A model generated the notes under the pieces. It searched no databases, was not told the origin of the DNA, and saw only the letters and a list, made by a program, of their open reading frames with translations. Shown piece after piece: positions 1 through 7,727 of a stretch of DNA of 64,000 bases; within the stretch, counting starts at the first letter, position 1, and every line of letters starts with the position of its first letter. Origin of the DNA: Patescibacteria group bacterium (GTDB taxonomy: Bacteria; Patescibacteriota; Patescibacteriia; Patescibacteriales; BM507); contig JAQIDC010000055.1 in NCBI GenBank assembly GCA_027858235.1, positions 29,826 to 93,825 on the forward strand. Reading direction: 5' to 3'. Both the position numbers and the translations under genes were made by a program.

Positions 1-1170
1 TTTTTTAAAAGACTCTTTTCTAAACTCATCATAAGTTACAGTATTTCCATCCCGAGAAGACATAGCACCTCCAGGGAGCGTGACAAAATCATAATCCAGA
101 TGAACTAATTTTTGTTTATATCCCATTAGCTCAAGAACTTTGAAAAGTTGTTTGAAGTTTAATTTTTGTCTATTGTCGACAACATATATCGATTCGTCTA
201 ATTTATATTTCTCAATTTTATGACGAGCCAAAGGGATGTCGGCAACGGGATAGAGTGCCGTTCCATCGCTCCGCAAAAATAACATGACTCCTAGTCCATA
301 TTTTTCTAAATCTGCGATAACAGCTCCTTCACTTTCCTTTAAGAGTCCACTAGCTAACATTTCTTTAACTTGTTTTATCCCCTCTTCAATGAATTCACTC
401 TCATAAAAAACGTGTTCAATATTTATGCTCAATTCTTTATATATATTTTCAAGTTGTTCTATACTCCAAAGTCTTGTTTCTTTCCAGAGATCATACTCAG
501 GGCCTTCTCTTGATTCAATTTTTTTCATTATAAAAGAAACTGTTGCCTTCCCCACATCATTGTCTTTCAGCTCTTTTGACGCTCTAGCATAAATACCACC
601 CAAAAAGGCTCCTCTTTCTTTTGGAATTAATACATTTTTGTAAAATTCATTATATGCCCAAATAGTTTTTGCGGTATTGATACCAAAATCATTAATATAG
701 GATACAGGAACAACATCAAAACCATTGGCAGATAAAATCCTAGACACAGAATCTCCGAAGAACATATTTCTAAGGTGCCCAACGTGTGTTTCTTTGTGGG
801 TATTTAGATTTGAAAATTCCACCATAACCCTTTTCTTGTTTCCTGAATTGTTTATTCCAAATGTTTCTTTTTTTTCACTTATATTTTCAAAAATTTCTTT
901 AAACAATTTTGTTTTATCTAGAAAAAAATTGAGATATGGGCCAGTTGAAACAAGTGACAAAACATTATCAAAGTCATTCGCTAATTCTTTAACCAAAGCT
1001 TGGGAAAGTTCAGCTGGATTCTTCCCAAGCTCTTTGGCTAATTTAAAACAAGGCAAGCTTAAGTCACCCATCTCCTCATTGGGTGGATATGAAAAATCGG
1101 AGACAGCTAATATCTCTTTCCCATATTTATCATTTAATACATTGAGTATTTTAAATTTTATGTTCTCCAT
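1..1170 (-). CDS. argS: Arginine--tRNA ligase, first 390 codons (3' end runs off the left edge of the window)
   Basis: Absent from the ORF track because it is open at position 1. Reverse-strand translation from ATG at 1170 reads MENIKFKILNVLNDKYGKEILAVSDFSYPP...VMVEFSNLNTHKETHVGHLRNMFFGDS. The xHVGHLRN block is the class-I HIGH motif in the form typical of ArgRS. The start lies 1 nt after the stop of the upstream gene (1172). Confidence 0.85.
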   Translation of the reverse strand, partial: MENIKFKILNVLNDKYGKEILAVSDFSYPPNEEMGDLSLPCFKLAKELGKNPAELSQALVKELANDFDNVLSLVSTGPYLNFFLDKTKLFKEIFENISEKKETFGINNSGNKKRVMVEFSNLNTHKETHVGHLRNMFFGDSVSRILSANGFDVVPVSYINDFGINTAKTIWAYNEFYKNVLIPKERGAFLGGIYARASKELKDNDVGKATVSFIMKKIESREGPEYDLWKETRLWSIEQLENIYKELSINIEHVFYESEFIEEGIKQVKEMLASGLLKESEGAVIADLEKYGLGVMLFLRSDGTALYPVADIPLARHKIEKYKLDESIYVVDNRQKLNFKQLFKVLELMGYKQKLVHLDYDFVTLPGGAMSSRDGNTVTYDEFRKESFKK

Positions 1171-1171
1171 A

Positions 1172-1876
1172 TTAGTTAAAAATTCCGTCTTTTTTTATTT
1201 CTTTTTCCTCATGGTTCACCTCAGCTATCAATTTATTTCTAGATTTATAAAATTGTAAGGCAGTGAATACAAACATGCTGGCAAGCAAAATTCCTAAAAT
1301 ATTTATACCTGTTACTGCTATAAATTTATAAAAATAATCCAATTGTTTTAAAGTTAATGCTAAACCAGAAGCAGTTAAGGGAGGAATCAATGTTACAGTG
1401 ATAGCAATTCCTGGCAAAATAGAATTTAGGTCTGGTTTTATCCAAGTATAGCTTGCTGCAATCCCGGCTATGAATGAGATTACAAAAGTAATATAGCCGA
1501 TTTCCATATTTCCAAGAATCGTTATAGAGCTTATATCAAACTCGTTAAAATGCCCAACCAAAAATGCTATAAGCATAGACCAAAAGGCAGAATAAGCAAA
1601 TATTTTAAACGATCTCAAAATCACTTTAAAATTAAGAATAACCACTCCAAGAGAAATAGCCAAGATAGGTGAAAGAAGTGGTGTAACAAGCATTCCTCCT
1701 ATAACTAGAACAATATTGTCTAAAATCAATCCAAAAGAGACTATTAAAGAAGAAAGAACAACAAGTAAATAAAAATCAAACTTCGGGGCGCTTGATTCAA
1801 TAATTGTTTCACAAAAGTTATTCCTGTCTGACTGTTCAACTTTTAGAAAAGAGAAAATATCTAATACATTTTTCAT
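1172..1876 (-). CDS. Integral membrane protein, DUF389-like (multi-pass)
   Basis: 234-aa ORF with about 6 hydrophobic helices. The motif VIGGMLVTPLLSPIL resembles the DUF389 signature (GAMLIxPLMxPI). Tightly coupled to argS. Confidence 0.55.
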   Translation of the reverse strand: MKNVLDIFSFLKVEQSDRNNFCETIIESSAPKFDFYLLVVLSSLIVSFGLILDNIVLVIGGMLVTPLLSPILAISLGVVILNFKVILRSFKIFAYSAFWSMLIAFLVGHFNEFDISSITILGNMEIGYITFVISFIAGIAASYTWIKPDLNSILPGIAITVTLIPPLTASGLALTLKQLDYFYKFIAVTGINILGILLASMFVFTALQFYKSRNKLIAEVNHEEKEIKKDGIFN

Positions 1877-2012
1877 AATATACTGTTAACATATAACTAA
1901 ATTGTAGCCTATGTTGGCCATTTTGACAATCAGTAACTTAAAAAAATATTAAGCAACATTTCCATTTTTTTGTCTAATATAAGTAATAATTCTTCTCTTT
2001 TTTAATAAACCC

Positions 2013-2021
2013 TGCTATAAT
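2013..2021 (+). promoter_or_regulatory. Extended -10 promoter box TGCTATAAT for 2044..2550
   Basis: TGCTATAAT fits TGnTATAAT. It sits 23 nt upstream of the ATG at 2044, with AGGAG at 2031..2035 as the ribosome-binding site. Confidence 0.45.
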
Positions 2022-2043
2022 TCACATACAAGGAGAAAACAAT

Positions 2044-2550
2044 ATGAAGAATAATATTATACAAATTTTAATATTTGTTTTACTCATCTCTCCTCTTACA
2101 ACCAGAGCTGAAATAGACGTAAGCAGAATAGCTACTGAAAATGTAATTCATGATGCTCAAATATTTTTGGAATTACAAAATTTCGATGCTAGTTCTAGCC
2201 TTGGGGTTTTTGATATCTGGGTCAATCCTGGATCGCAATCCATAAATGCTAGTGGGCTTGTCCTGGGGTTTGCAACGAGCTCAATAAATATCTTAGGAAC
2301 ATTGAGCGGAAATTCTTTCTGTGATTTTTTTCTTGAGAATAATTTTAACAACAATACGGGCGAGTTAAGATTGAGCGGAATGAAGCCCTACCCTGGCGTA
2401 GCAACAACTAGTTTATTCGCGCAAATTATATTTGAAAAAATTGATAATGCAACAAGCACAATTTCTATTCTAGAAGATGAATCTATGGTTTTGGCTAATA
2501 ATGGATTTGCAACGAATGTGTTGGCTACTACGACTGATTTAAAACTATAG
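2044..2550 (+). CDS. Small secreted protein with cohesin-like domain
   Basis: Signal peptide MKNNIIQILIFVLLISPLTTRA. The body aligns by eye with the N-terminal domains of 3463..5202, 5227..6288 and 48479..50239 (GELRLSGMKPYPGVATTSLFAQIIF versus GGGIPRPGYTGSGGTLFSVTF). Has its own promoter, RBS and terminator. Confidence 0.55.
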   Translation: MKNNIIQILIFVLLISPLTTRAEIDVSRIATENVIHDAQIFLELQNFDASSSLGVFDIWVNPGSQSINASGLVLGFATSSINILGTLSGNSFCDFFLENNFNNNTGELRLSGMKPYPGVATTSLFAQIIFEKIDNATSTISILEDESMVLANNGFATNVLATTTDLKL

Positions 2551-2571
2551 ATGAAACTATTGTTATTTTAG

Positions 2572-2598
2572 GTATAGAGTTAATTCTATACTTTTTTT
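2572..2598 (+). terminator. Rho-independent terminator of 2044..2550
   Basis: Stem GTATAGA (2572..2578) pairs with TCTATAC (2585..2591), followed by TTTTTTT. Confidence 0.55.
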
Positions 2599-2911
2599 AA
2601 TTCAACTATGTGAACATTGGGAGTTTTTTGAGAAAAAAGAAAAACAGCTTTCTAATTCTTTATTATTAATGTGAGTATTGATAAATTTTGATAAGAGACG
2701 TGCGTAGAAAGCTCAATAAAATGTCCGCTGTTTGAGGAATGTAGTGTTAACGAAATGACGAGTTCGGAATTTTATTAGCTTTCATAGCTAAGTATCCAAA
2801 ATTTATCACTAGCGAACGATTTTGGTACTTTTTTAAAAAGTACTTAATAAAAAGGTTCTAACACAAGTTCAAATTGATACACTGTAATTCTCACTTATTA
2901 ACAGTGAGAAT

Positions 2912-3008
2912 AAAAACACACCCCGCCCATACGGGCACCCCTCTCAAGAGGGGATTTTTACAAATATCTTATTTCTGGATTCCGGACCCCTCCAGAGGCG
3001 GGCAGGCA
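2912..3008. repeat. Degenerate copy of the GC-rich palindromic element seen intact at 59100..59195
   Basis: 2912..2960 (AAAAACACACCCCG-n-CACCCCTCTCAAGAGGGGATTTTTA) matches the left arm of the 59.1-kb element. 2985..3008 (ACCCCTCCAGAGGCGGGCAGGCA) resembles a decayed right arm. Confidence 0.5.
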
Positions 3009-3408
3009 AGTCCGGAATGACAATGAAAAATTTCAAAAACTTTGATTTTGCTTGCCTTTGTGGACGTTGGAAAATTTTGGAGAAAAATGAAACGCCCGCC
3101 TGGCTCGAAGTTAACAACTTTATATAATCATAATGTTTAATATTGCTAGGCATGGACATTTTGTTTAATGTGTTAACGCCATTTCGGACAGGTAAAAATC
3201 TCTGTCCCGCCGCGGCGGGACTAGATTTTGTAGTGAAATGATCCAAAATTTTCTCAGGGAACGTTTTTGCTACTTTTCTTGCCCGATTCGCCCGCTGGCG
3301 AAGACAAAATGCCCTTGGGGTGAAAAAAGTCGAAAAAAATATCAAGATAATATTTTGCCTATTTCACTCGCTTTTGCCAAAATATTATTTTTTGAAAACC
3401 TATCACAA

Positions 3409-3448
3409 TAAAAAATAAAGTCGTACGAGTATACGACTTTATTTTTTA
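3409..3448 (-). terminator. Bidirectional rho-independent terminator downstream of 3463..5202
   Basis: Stem AAAGTCGTA (3417..3425) pairs with TACGACTTT (3432..3440). An A-run on the left and a T-run on the right flank it. It begins 23 nt past the stop at 3463. Confidence 0.6.
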
Positions 3449-3462
3449 TGTTTGAATTTTTT

Positions 3463-5202
3463 TTATTCTACTAAATCCTCAATATCTCTTATCTCCTTCA
3501 TGGTCTTCTTTTCCATGGTATCTATCTTTGATTTTAGAGCAGCTTGTGTTTCGTCTAACAGTTTCTTTTGGGCTACTGAAGATTTTCCTTTTTTAATCTC
3601 CGTGAAATCATTTTCAATCTCTTTCCTTAGTTCTTTAATATTTTCTCTCAAAACAACTTCAATCTCTGTAGCTTCTTTTTTGAGTTTTTTCTTTGTTAAC
3701 CTCGCCAGGAGTATAAACAAAATAATTATTAAAAGAATTAAAAACAGTAGACTAACAAAAACTGTAAAATAATTTACAACGAAGTCTCCTATTCTTGTGA
3801 ATATTGGAGGACTTACTAAAAATCCTATTTTTACACTGTTTTCACTGCTTAAGCCATTTGCATTTATTGCCTTGGCCCAGGCAACATAAGATCCATTTGA
3901 TAATTTATCCTCATTTATAATAAACCAATTTCCATCTTGATCTGATCTAGTGCTCTTAGTTAATAAAGTCCCTTCCTTCTGAATTGTTAATTCAATTTCT
4001 ACATTTGGTAGCGCTGTACCACTAACATACAATCTGTCAGAAGAGGTCATCTCAGATGGATAATTTACTATAACAGGAGTATCAATCGCATTAATATAGA
4101 ACTTTTGCTCTGAATAAGTTTCATTTCCAGCTGCATCAATAACTTTTACTAAAGCTGTATGCTCTCCTACTCCAAGCCCACTCACTCTCAATGTAGGGTC
4201 TTCTGGACTGGCTTCAAAAGCATTTTCAGTCAGATTGTCTATTGTTATTTGATAGGAGACTACTCCTGATAATTCATCCTTAGTTTCAAAAGAAAGTAGT
4301 GGCCAATCTTCTCCTTCTTCTTTCTTAACTTCTATTTCGAAAGGGAGAGGAGGAGAATTGTCAACTTGTATCTTGTAATGAGCTATAGTACCCCATCCAT
4401 CACCGTCTTTAAATTTTACATGTAGATAGAAAATTCCATCCTCTAAATCTGTGAATTCTTTTGTTTTAATTAAACCATCTGAAGTGTTTCCAGGGTTAGA
4501 ATCAGGAGAATCATTAAATAAATAACTTACACCACTTACTTCACTCGGGATATCCCATTCGAATTGGGCATCCTTATTTTTATACCATTTCTCCTGGTCA
4601 GGGTGAGTAACTGATATTATCTCTGGTTTTACTCTTTCCACTACTGCTGGTCTTGTTTCAACTGGTTTATTGTCTACTGGAGGATTTGCTGGAGCTATCA
4701 CTTTTGGTGAAATAGTATAACTTCCACTTCCCATACTAGCTAAAATATTTGTTCCTTTACCGTCATTGGCAAGAACCGCTCCTGAAGAAAATCTAACTTG
4801 AGCATTCTCGGCCTTTACTCCTTTAAAAGTAACTGAAAAAAGAGTTCCTCCTGAGCCGGTATAACCTGGTCTTGGAATGCCACCGCCAAAGTTTATTGAA
4901 GTACCCGTATCTGTTGGTTCTGCTGTCCAAAGATTAAATATTGAACCCGCCTTTGAGATACTAACCACATCCAATGAGTCTGTATCATAAACTACAGTCC
5001 CCTCAGCTGCATTTATAGAAACTCCATCAGAATTCACCTTCACCGTAACTGTAAAAGTAGAATTAATAACATGAGTGCCAGAAGAGGGGGTTAAATACAA
5101 TGAAGCACTTGCCGCTTGAACTGGCTTTGAATTAGATAGGCCCAATAATAACAATAATAAAACCGCAAAAAATAATTTTAATTTAAAAAATATTTTACTC
5201 AT
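3463..5202 (-). CDS. Membrane-anchored surface protein: signal peptide, cohesin-like domain, Ig-like domains, C-terminal TM helix plus charged coiled-coil tail
   Basis: 579 aa with a strong SD (GGGAGGT) before the ATG at 5202. N-terminus MSKIFFKLKLFFAVLLLLLLGL...VQAASASLYLTPSSG. Paralog of 48479..50239 along its whole length (GIFYLHVKFKDGDGWGTIAHYKIQVDNSPP versus GEWYIHVKYQNKAGWGMVAHKKFLVDTKSP). C-terminal helix VFVSLLFLILLIIILFILLA followed by a K/E-rich tail. Confidence 0.6.
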   Translation of the reverse strand: MSKIFFKLKLFFAVLLLLLLGLSNSKPVQAASASLYLTPSSGTHVINSTFTVTVKVNSDGVSINAAEGTVVYDTDSLDVVSISKAGSIFNLWTAEPTDTGTSINFGGGIPRPGYTGSGGTLFSVTFKGVKAENAQVRFSSGAVLANDGKGTNILASMGSGSYTISPKVIAPANPPVDNKPVETRPAVVERVKPEIISVTHPDQEKWYKNKDAQFEWDIPSEVSGVSYLFNDSPDSNPGNTSDGLIKTKEFTDLEDGIFYLHVKFKDGDGWGTIAHYKIQVDNSPPLPFEIEVKKEEGEDWPLLSFETKDELSGVVSYQITIDNLTENAFEASPEDPTLRVSGLGVGEHTALVKVIDAAGNETYSEQKFYINAIDTPVIVNYPSEMTSSDRLYVSGTALPNVEIELTIQKEGTLLTKSTRSDQDGNWFIINEDKLSNGSYVAWAKAINANGLSSENSVKIGFLVSPPIFTRIGDFVVNYFTVFVSLLFLILLIIILFILLARLTKKKLKKEATEIEVVLRENIKELRKEIENDFTEIKKGKSSVAQKKLLDETQAALKSKIDTMEKKTMKEIRDIEDLVE

Positions 5203-5226
5203 ACCTCCCTGTATTTAATTATTAAT

Positions 5227-6288
5227 TTAATTTTGTTCTTCTTTTTGTTTCTCCTCTAGAGAAGATTCTTTTTTACTTTTAATTTTTTGAAAAATATATC
5301 TCCCAATTTTATATAAAAAGAATATTGTTATTATTAACAATAACACACCAATGGTTATTATTAAATAGTCAAAATTCAGTGCTTTTTTAATATTGGGTTC
5401 TTCGGGAATGTATTCTACACTTCTTTCATTGCCTGCCTTATCAATGGCTTTTACTTTTATAATACTTCGTAGGCTTTGATCTGTGAGCAGAAAAGGAGTC
5501 TCTGCTATTTTCCACTTTGCCTCCTCTGATTTTACGAAAAGTTCCAATACCTTTTCTGTTAATGTTTTTTTAACTGAGAGACTTTTTGTTTCAATTAACT
5601 CATAGTGATCGATTCCACTCTGCTTGTCTATGCTAGAAAAAATAGCAAAATATTGACCCTGGTACATATTGTCTCTCTGATGCAATTCAATAACGAATGG
5701 TTCTGGTTTTGTTTTATCGCTTTTGATTAGTCTGTCATAGTCACCTACTTCAGCTCCAACTGTTTTATTTAAAACAAGACTTAAATTTTCAATCCTTAAT
5801 TTGTCCTCAGTTCCAAGGCCATCATTAATATATACTTTTGCATCTTCGAGCTTTATATCAAGAGTGTCTGGAATAGTGTCACCAACATAAAAACTAGGGA
5901 TTCTAAAAAGTATTCTTCCCACCAAATTACTATTACCGGGATCACCTGGTATTTTACCGCAATAACCACCAGGAATTCCTCCTGCCACATATAGCTCACC
6001 ACTATCATTTGCATCAAATACATCAGTTTCTGACGGTTGGTCCACCCAAACATTTAAGAGAGATTCTCCTGTTATAAAATCTTCTATATACAAAATACCA
6101 GTTGGAAATGTAATCTTAGCTTCTACCGTATTAATACAAACATCATCAATATCTAGACTAAAATTAACAGTAAAAGCATCACCAAGGTGGTATTCATTTT
6201 TTTGAGCATCAAGACTAAGTGAAGCAGCCTTAGTGTAGGCAGGAATAAGTAGGAATATAATCAATGTAGCGAATAAGTATTTTTTCAT
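5227..6288 (-). CDS. Membrane-anchored surface protein with cohesin-like N-terminal domain and C-terminal TM anchor
   Basis: 353 aa. Signal peptide MKKYLFATLIIFLLIPAYTKA. Contains ELYVAGGIPGGYCGKIPG...LVGRILFRIPS, the family motif. C-terminal helix LIITIGVLLLIITIFFLY followed by a K/E tail. Confidence 0.55.
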   Translation of the reverse strand: MKKYLFATLIIFLLIPAYTKAASLSLDAQKNEYHLGDAFTVNFSLDIDDVCINTVEAKITFPTGILYIEDFITGESLLNVWVDQPSETDVFDANDSGELYVAGGIPGGYCGKIPGDPGNSNLVGRILFRIPSFYVGDTIPDTLDIKLEDAKVYINDGLGTEDKLRIENLSLVLNKTVGAEVGDYDRLIKSDKTKPEPFVIELHQRDNMYQGQYFAIFSSIDKQSGIDHYELIETKSLSVKKTLTEKVLELFVKSEEAKWKIAETPFLLTDQSLRSIIKVKAIDKAGNERSVEYIPEEPNIKKALNFDYLIITIGVLLLIITIFFLYKIGRYIFQKIKSKKESSLEEKQKEEQN

Positions 6289-6300
6289 ATATATAATAAT

Positions 6301-6436
6301 TTTAAATTCTAAGCACTAAACCATAAACACTAAACAAATTATAAATTCTAATATTAAAATACTAAACTGTTTTAAACTTTTATGCTTGTAATTTTGAATT
6401 AGTTTAGAATTTTAATATTAGAATTTAGAGTTTTTT
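6301..6436. repeat. Long AT-rich intergenic palindrome (family copy 1)
   Basis: Perfect 18-bp inverted repeat AAATTCTAATATTAAAAT (6343..6360) / ATTTTAATATTAGAATTT (6409..6426), nested in imperfect TCTAAA/TTTAGA arms. The left arm carries TCTAAGCACTAAA and the centre carries CTGTTTTAAAC. It ends 3 nt from the stop at 6439. Confidence 0.75.
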
Positions 6437-6438
6437 CC

Positions 6439-7707
6439 TTAACCTGTCCAATAATACATCATTACAGAAAAATCAATTAAATCAACTACTCCATTTTGGT
6501 TTTGATCCGCACATTCATTATCTGTTCCCCAATGGTAAAGAAGTATAGAAAAATCTGTAATATTTACTCTCTCGTCACCATTTAAATCTGCTTCGGCACA
6601 AACAGCCTCTCCTCCAACCGTGCCAACAAAGAAACTAATAGACTTTGAAAAACCACTTTGCAGGGTATTGTCAGCTGAGGCAATAGTAAATAATGCTTTT
6701 GCAGTGTGAAACTCTTCTTCCAAGGGTTCTGTATTGAAAATTAATTCCCATTTTCCATCATCTGTACTTTCAATTGAATTGATAAATTCCTCTGGTGAAT
6801 TAATATGAACATTTACTCCTGATTCTGGAACTGTACTTCCAAAAACTGTTACTGTGTCTCCTCTTGTAACTGTTTTTTTATCTATATCTATTGTTGGGGA
6901 AATATACACCCCAGAGATATTGGTGACAGCTCCTAATGTTACTCTAAAAGTTAGAGAAAGCAAAGTCGATTTGAGACCAACGGGGTCTTCTGACCAAAAA
7001 CTAAAACTAGCAACACCAGCGGAAATTTCATCAGTTTCAAAATAGAAATTTGCCAATGTATCAGTTCTTGAAATACCTATAACCTTACCATCAAGAAGTA
7101 TTTGAACATCTGAATTTGGGTATGATTTGCCACGGACAATAACCTTGGTCTCGCCTGGTGGTACATCAGATCCAGGGTTAAAGCCGGTGGTTAATCCTGA
7201 ATTTCCACCAGTTGATCCTCCTCCACCTCCGCCAGAAGGGACATCAAAGCTTTCGCAATTTTCCAAACTAATACGACAATCAGCTGTACATATTAATGAA
7301 CCGGAGGTAAATCCAAAAGTGATACACGTCTGCTCATTATAATCAGCACCATCACATTCTTCAGAATCCTCCTTAATATTGTTTCCACAATTATAGCAAC
7401 CACTTGTGTCATAATCCGTGCAATCTGACAAGCAATCAAGATCGCCTGAATTATAATATTCTCCTGATGCGTATTCAAAGTCTAGACAAGTTAGTCCACT
7501 TACATCAATTGGAAATACAGGAGGGTCTCCTGGGTCACAAACCTCTAGTCCTTGGATAAAACCATCGCCACAAACCAGCAAAAGAGTAACGGAAGTCAAA
7601 AGGTTTTCCTGCGTTGCCGCCCTCAAACTAAATGGAGAAAGAACCAAGGAAAAAATGGCCAGATAAAATATAGAATACCTCAATTTTTCTTTTAACAAAG
7701 TTTGCAT
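6439..7707 (-). CDS. Secreted protein: Cys-rich repeats, Gly-rich linker, Ig-like domains, C-terminal dockerin
   Basis: 422 aa with a signal peptide. CGDGFIQGLEVCDPGD and CGNNIKEDSEECDGADYN resemble Myxococcus-type cysteine-rich repeats. There is a GGGGGGSTGG linker. The C-terminus DLNGDERVNITDFSILLYHW...DQNQNGVVDLIDFSVMMYYWTG is two EF-hand-like dockerin repeats. Confidence 0.7.
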   Translation of the reverse strand: MQTLLKEKLRYSIFYLAIFSLVLSPFSLRAATQENLLTSVTLLLVCGDGFIQGLEVCDPGDPPVFPIDVSGLTCLDFEYASGEYYNSGDLDCLSDCTDYDTSGCYNCGNNIKEDSEECDGADYNEQTCITFGFTSGSLICTADCRISLENCESFDVPSGGGGGGSTGGNSGLTTGFNPGSDVPPGETKVIVRGKSYPNSDVQILLDGKVIGISRTDTLANFYFETDEISAGVASFSFWSEDPVGLKSTLLSLTFRVTLGAVTNISGVYISPTIDIDKKTVTRGDTVTVFGSTVPESGVNVHINSPEEFINSIESTDDGKWELIFNTEPLEEEFHTAKALFTIASADNTLQSGFSKSISFFVGTVGGEAVCAEADLNGDERVNITDFSILLYHWGTDNECADQNQNGVVDLIDFSVMMYYWTG

Positions 7708-7727
7708 CAGGGGATATTGTAATAAAC

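Noticed and set aside
725-1258. 177-aa plus-strand ORF from the track
   Set aside because: It lies antisense to the well-supported argS reading frame and spans the argS/DUF389 junction. Its translation is low-complexity (F/S/L/K-rich) with no RBS, so it is a shadow ORF.
2979-3018. GTCCGGAA-containing hairpin, considered as an SRP RNA or RNase P RNA fragment
   Set aside because: It lacks the GGAAGCAGC/AGCA symmetric-loop context of SRP RNA and the GAGGAAAGTCCGGGC core of RNase P. The similarity is limited to 8 nt.
2944-3345. 133-aa minus-strand ORF in the GC-rich island
   Set aside because: It has no RBS, an odd R/A/P/F composition, and is built across palindromes and GC repeats. It is more likely non-coding structured or repeat DNA.
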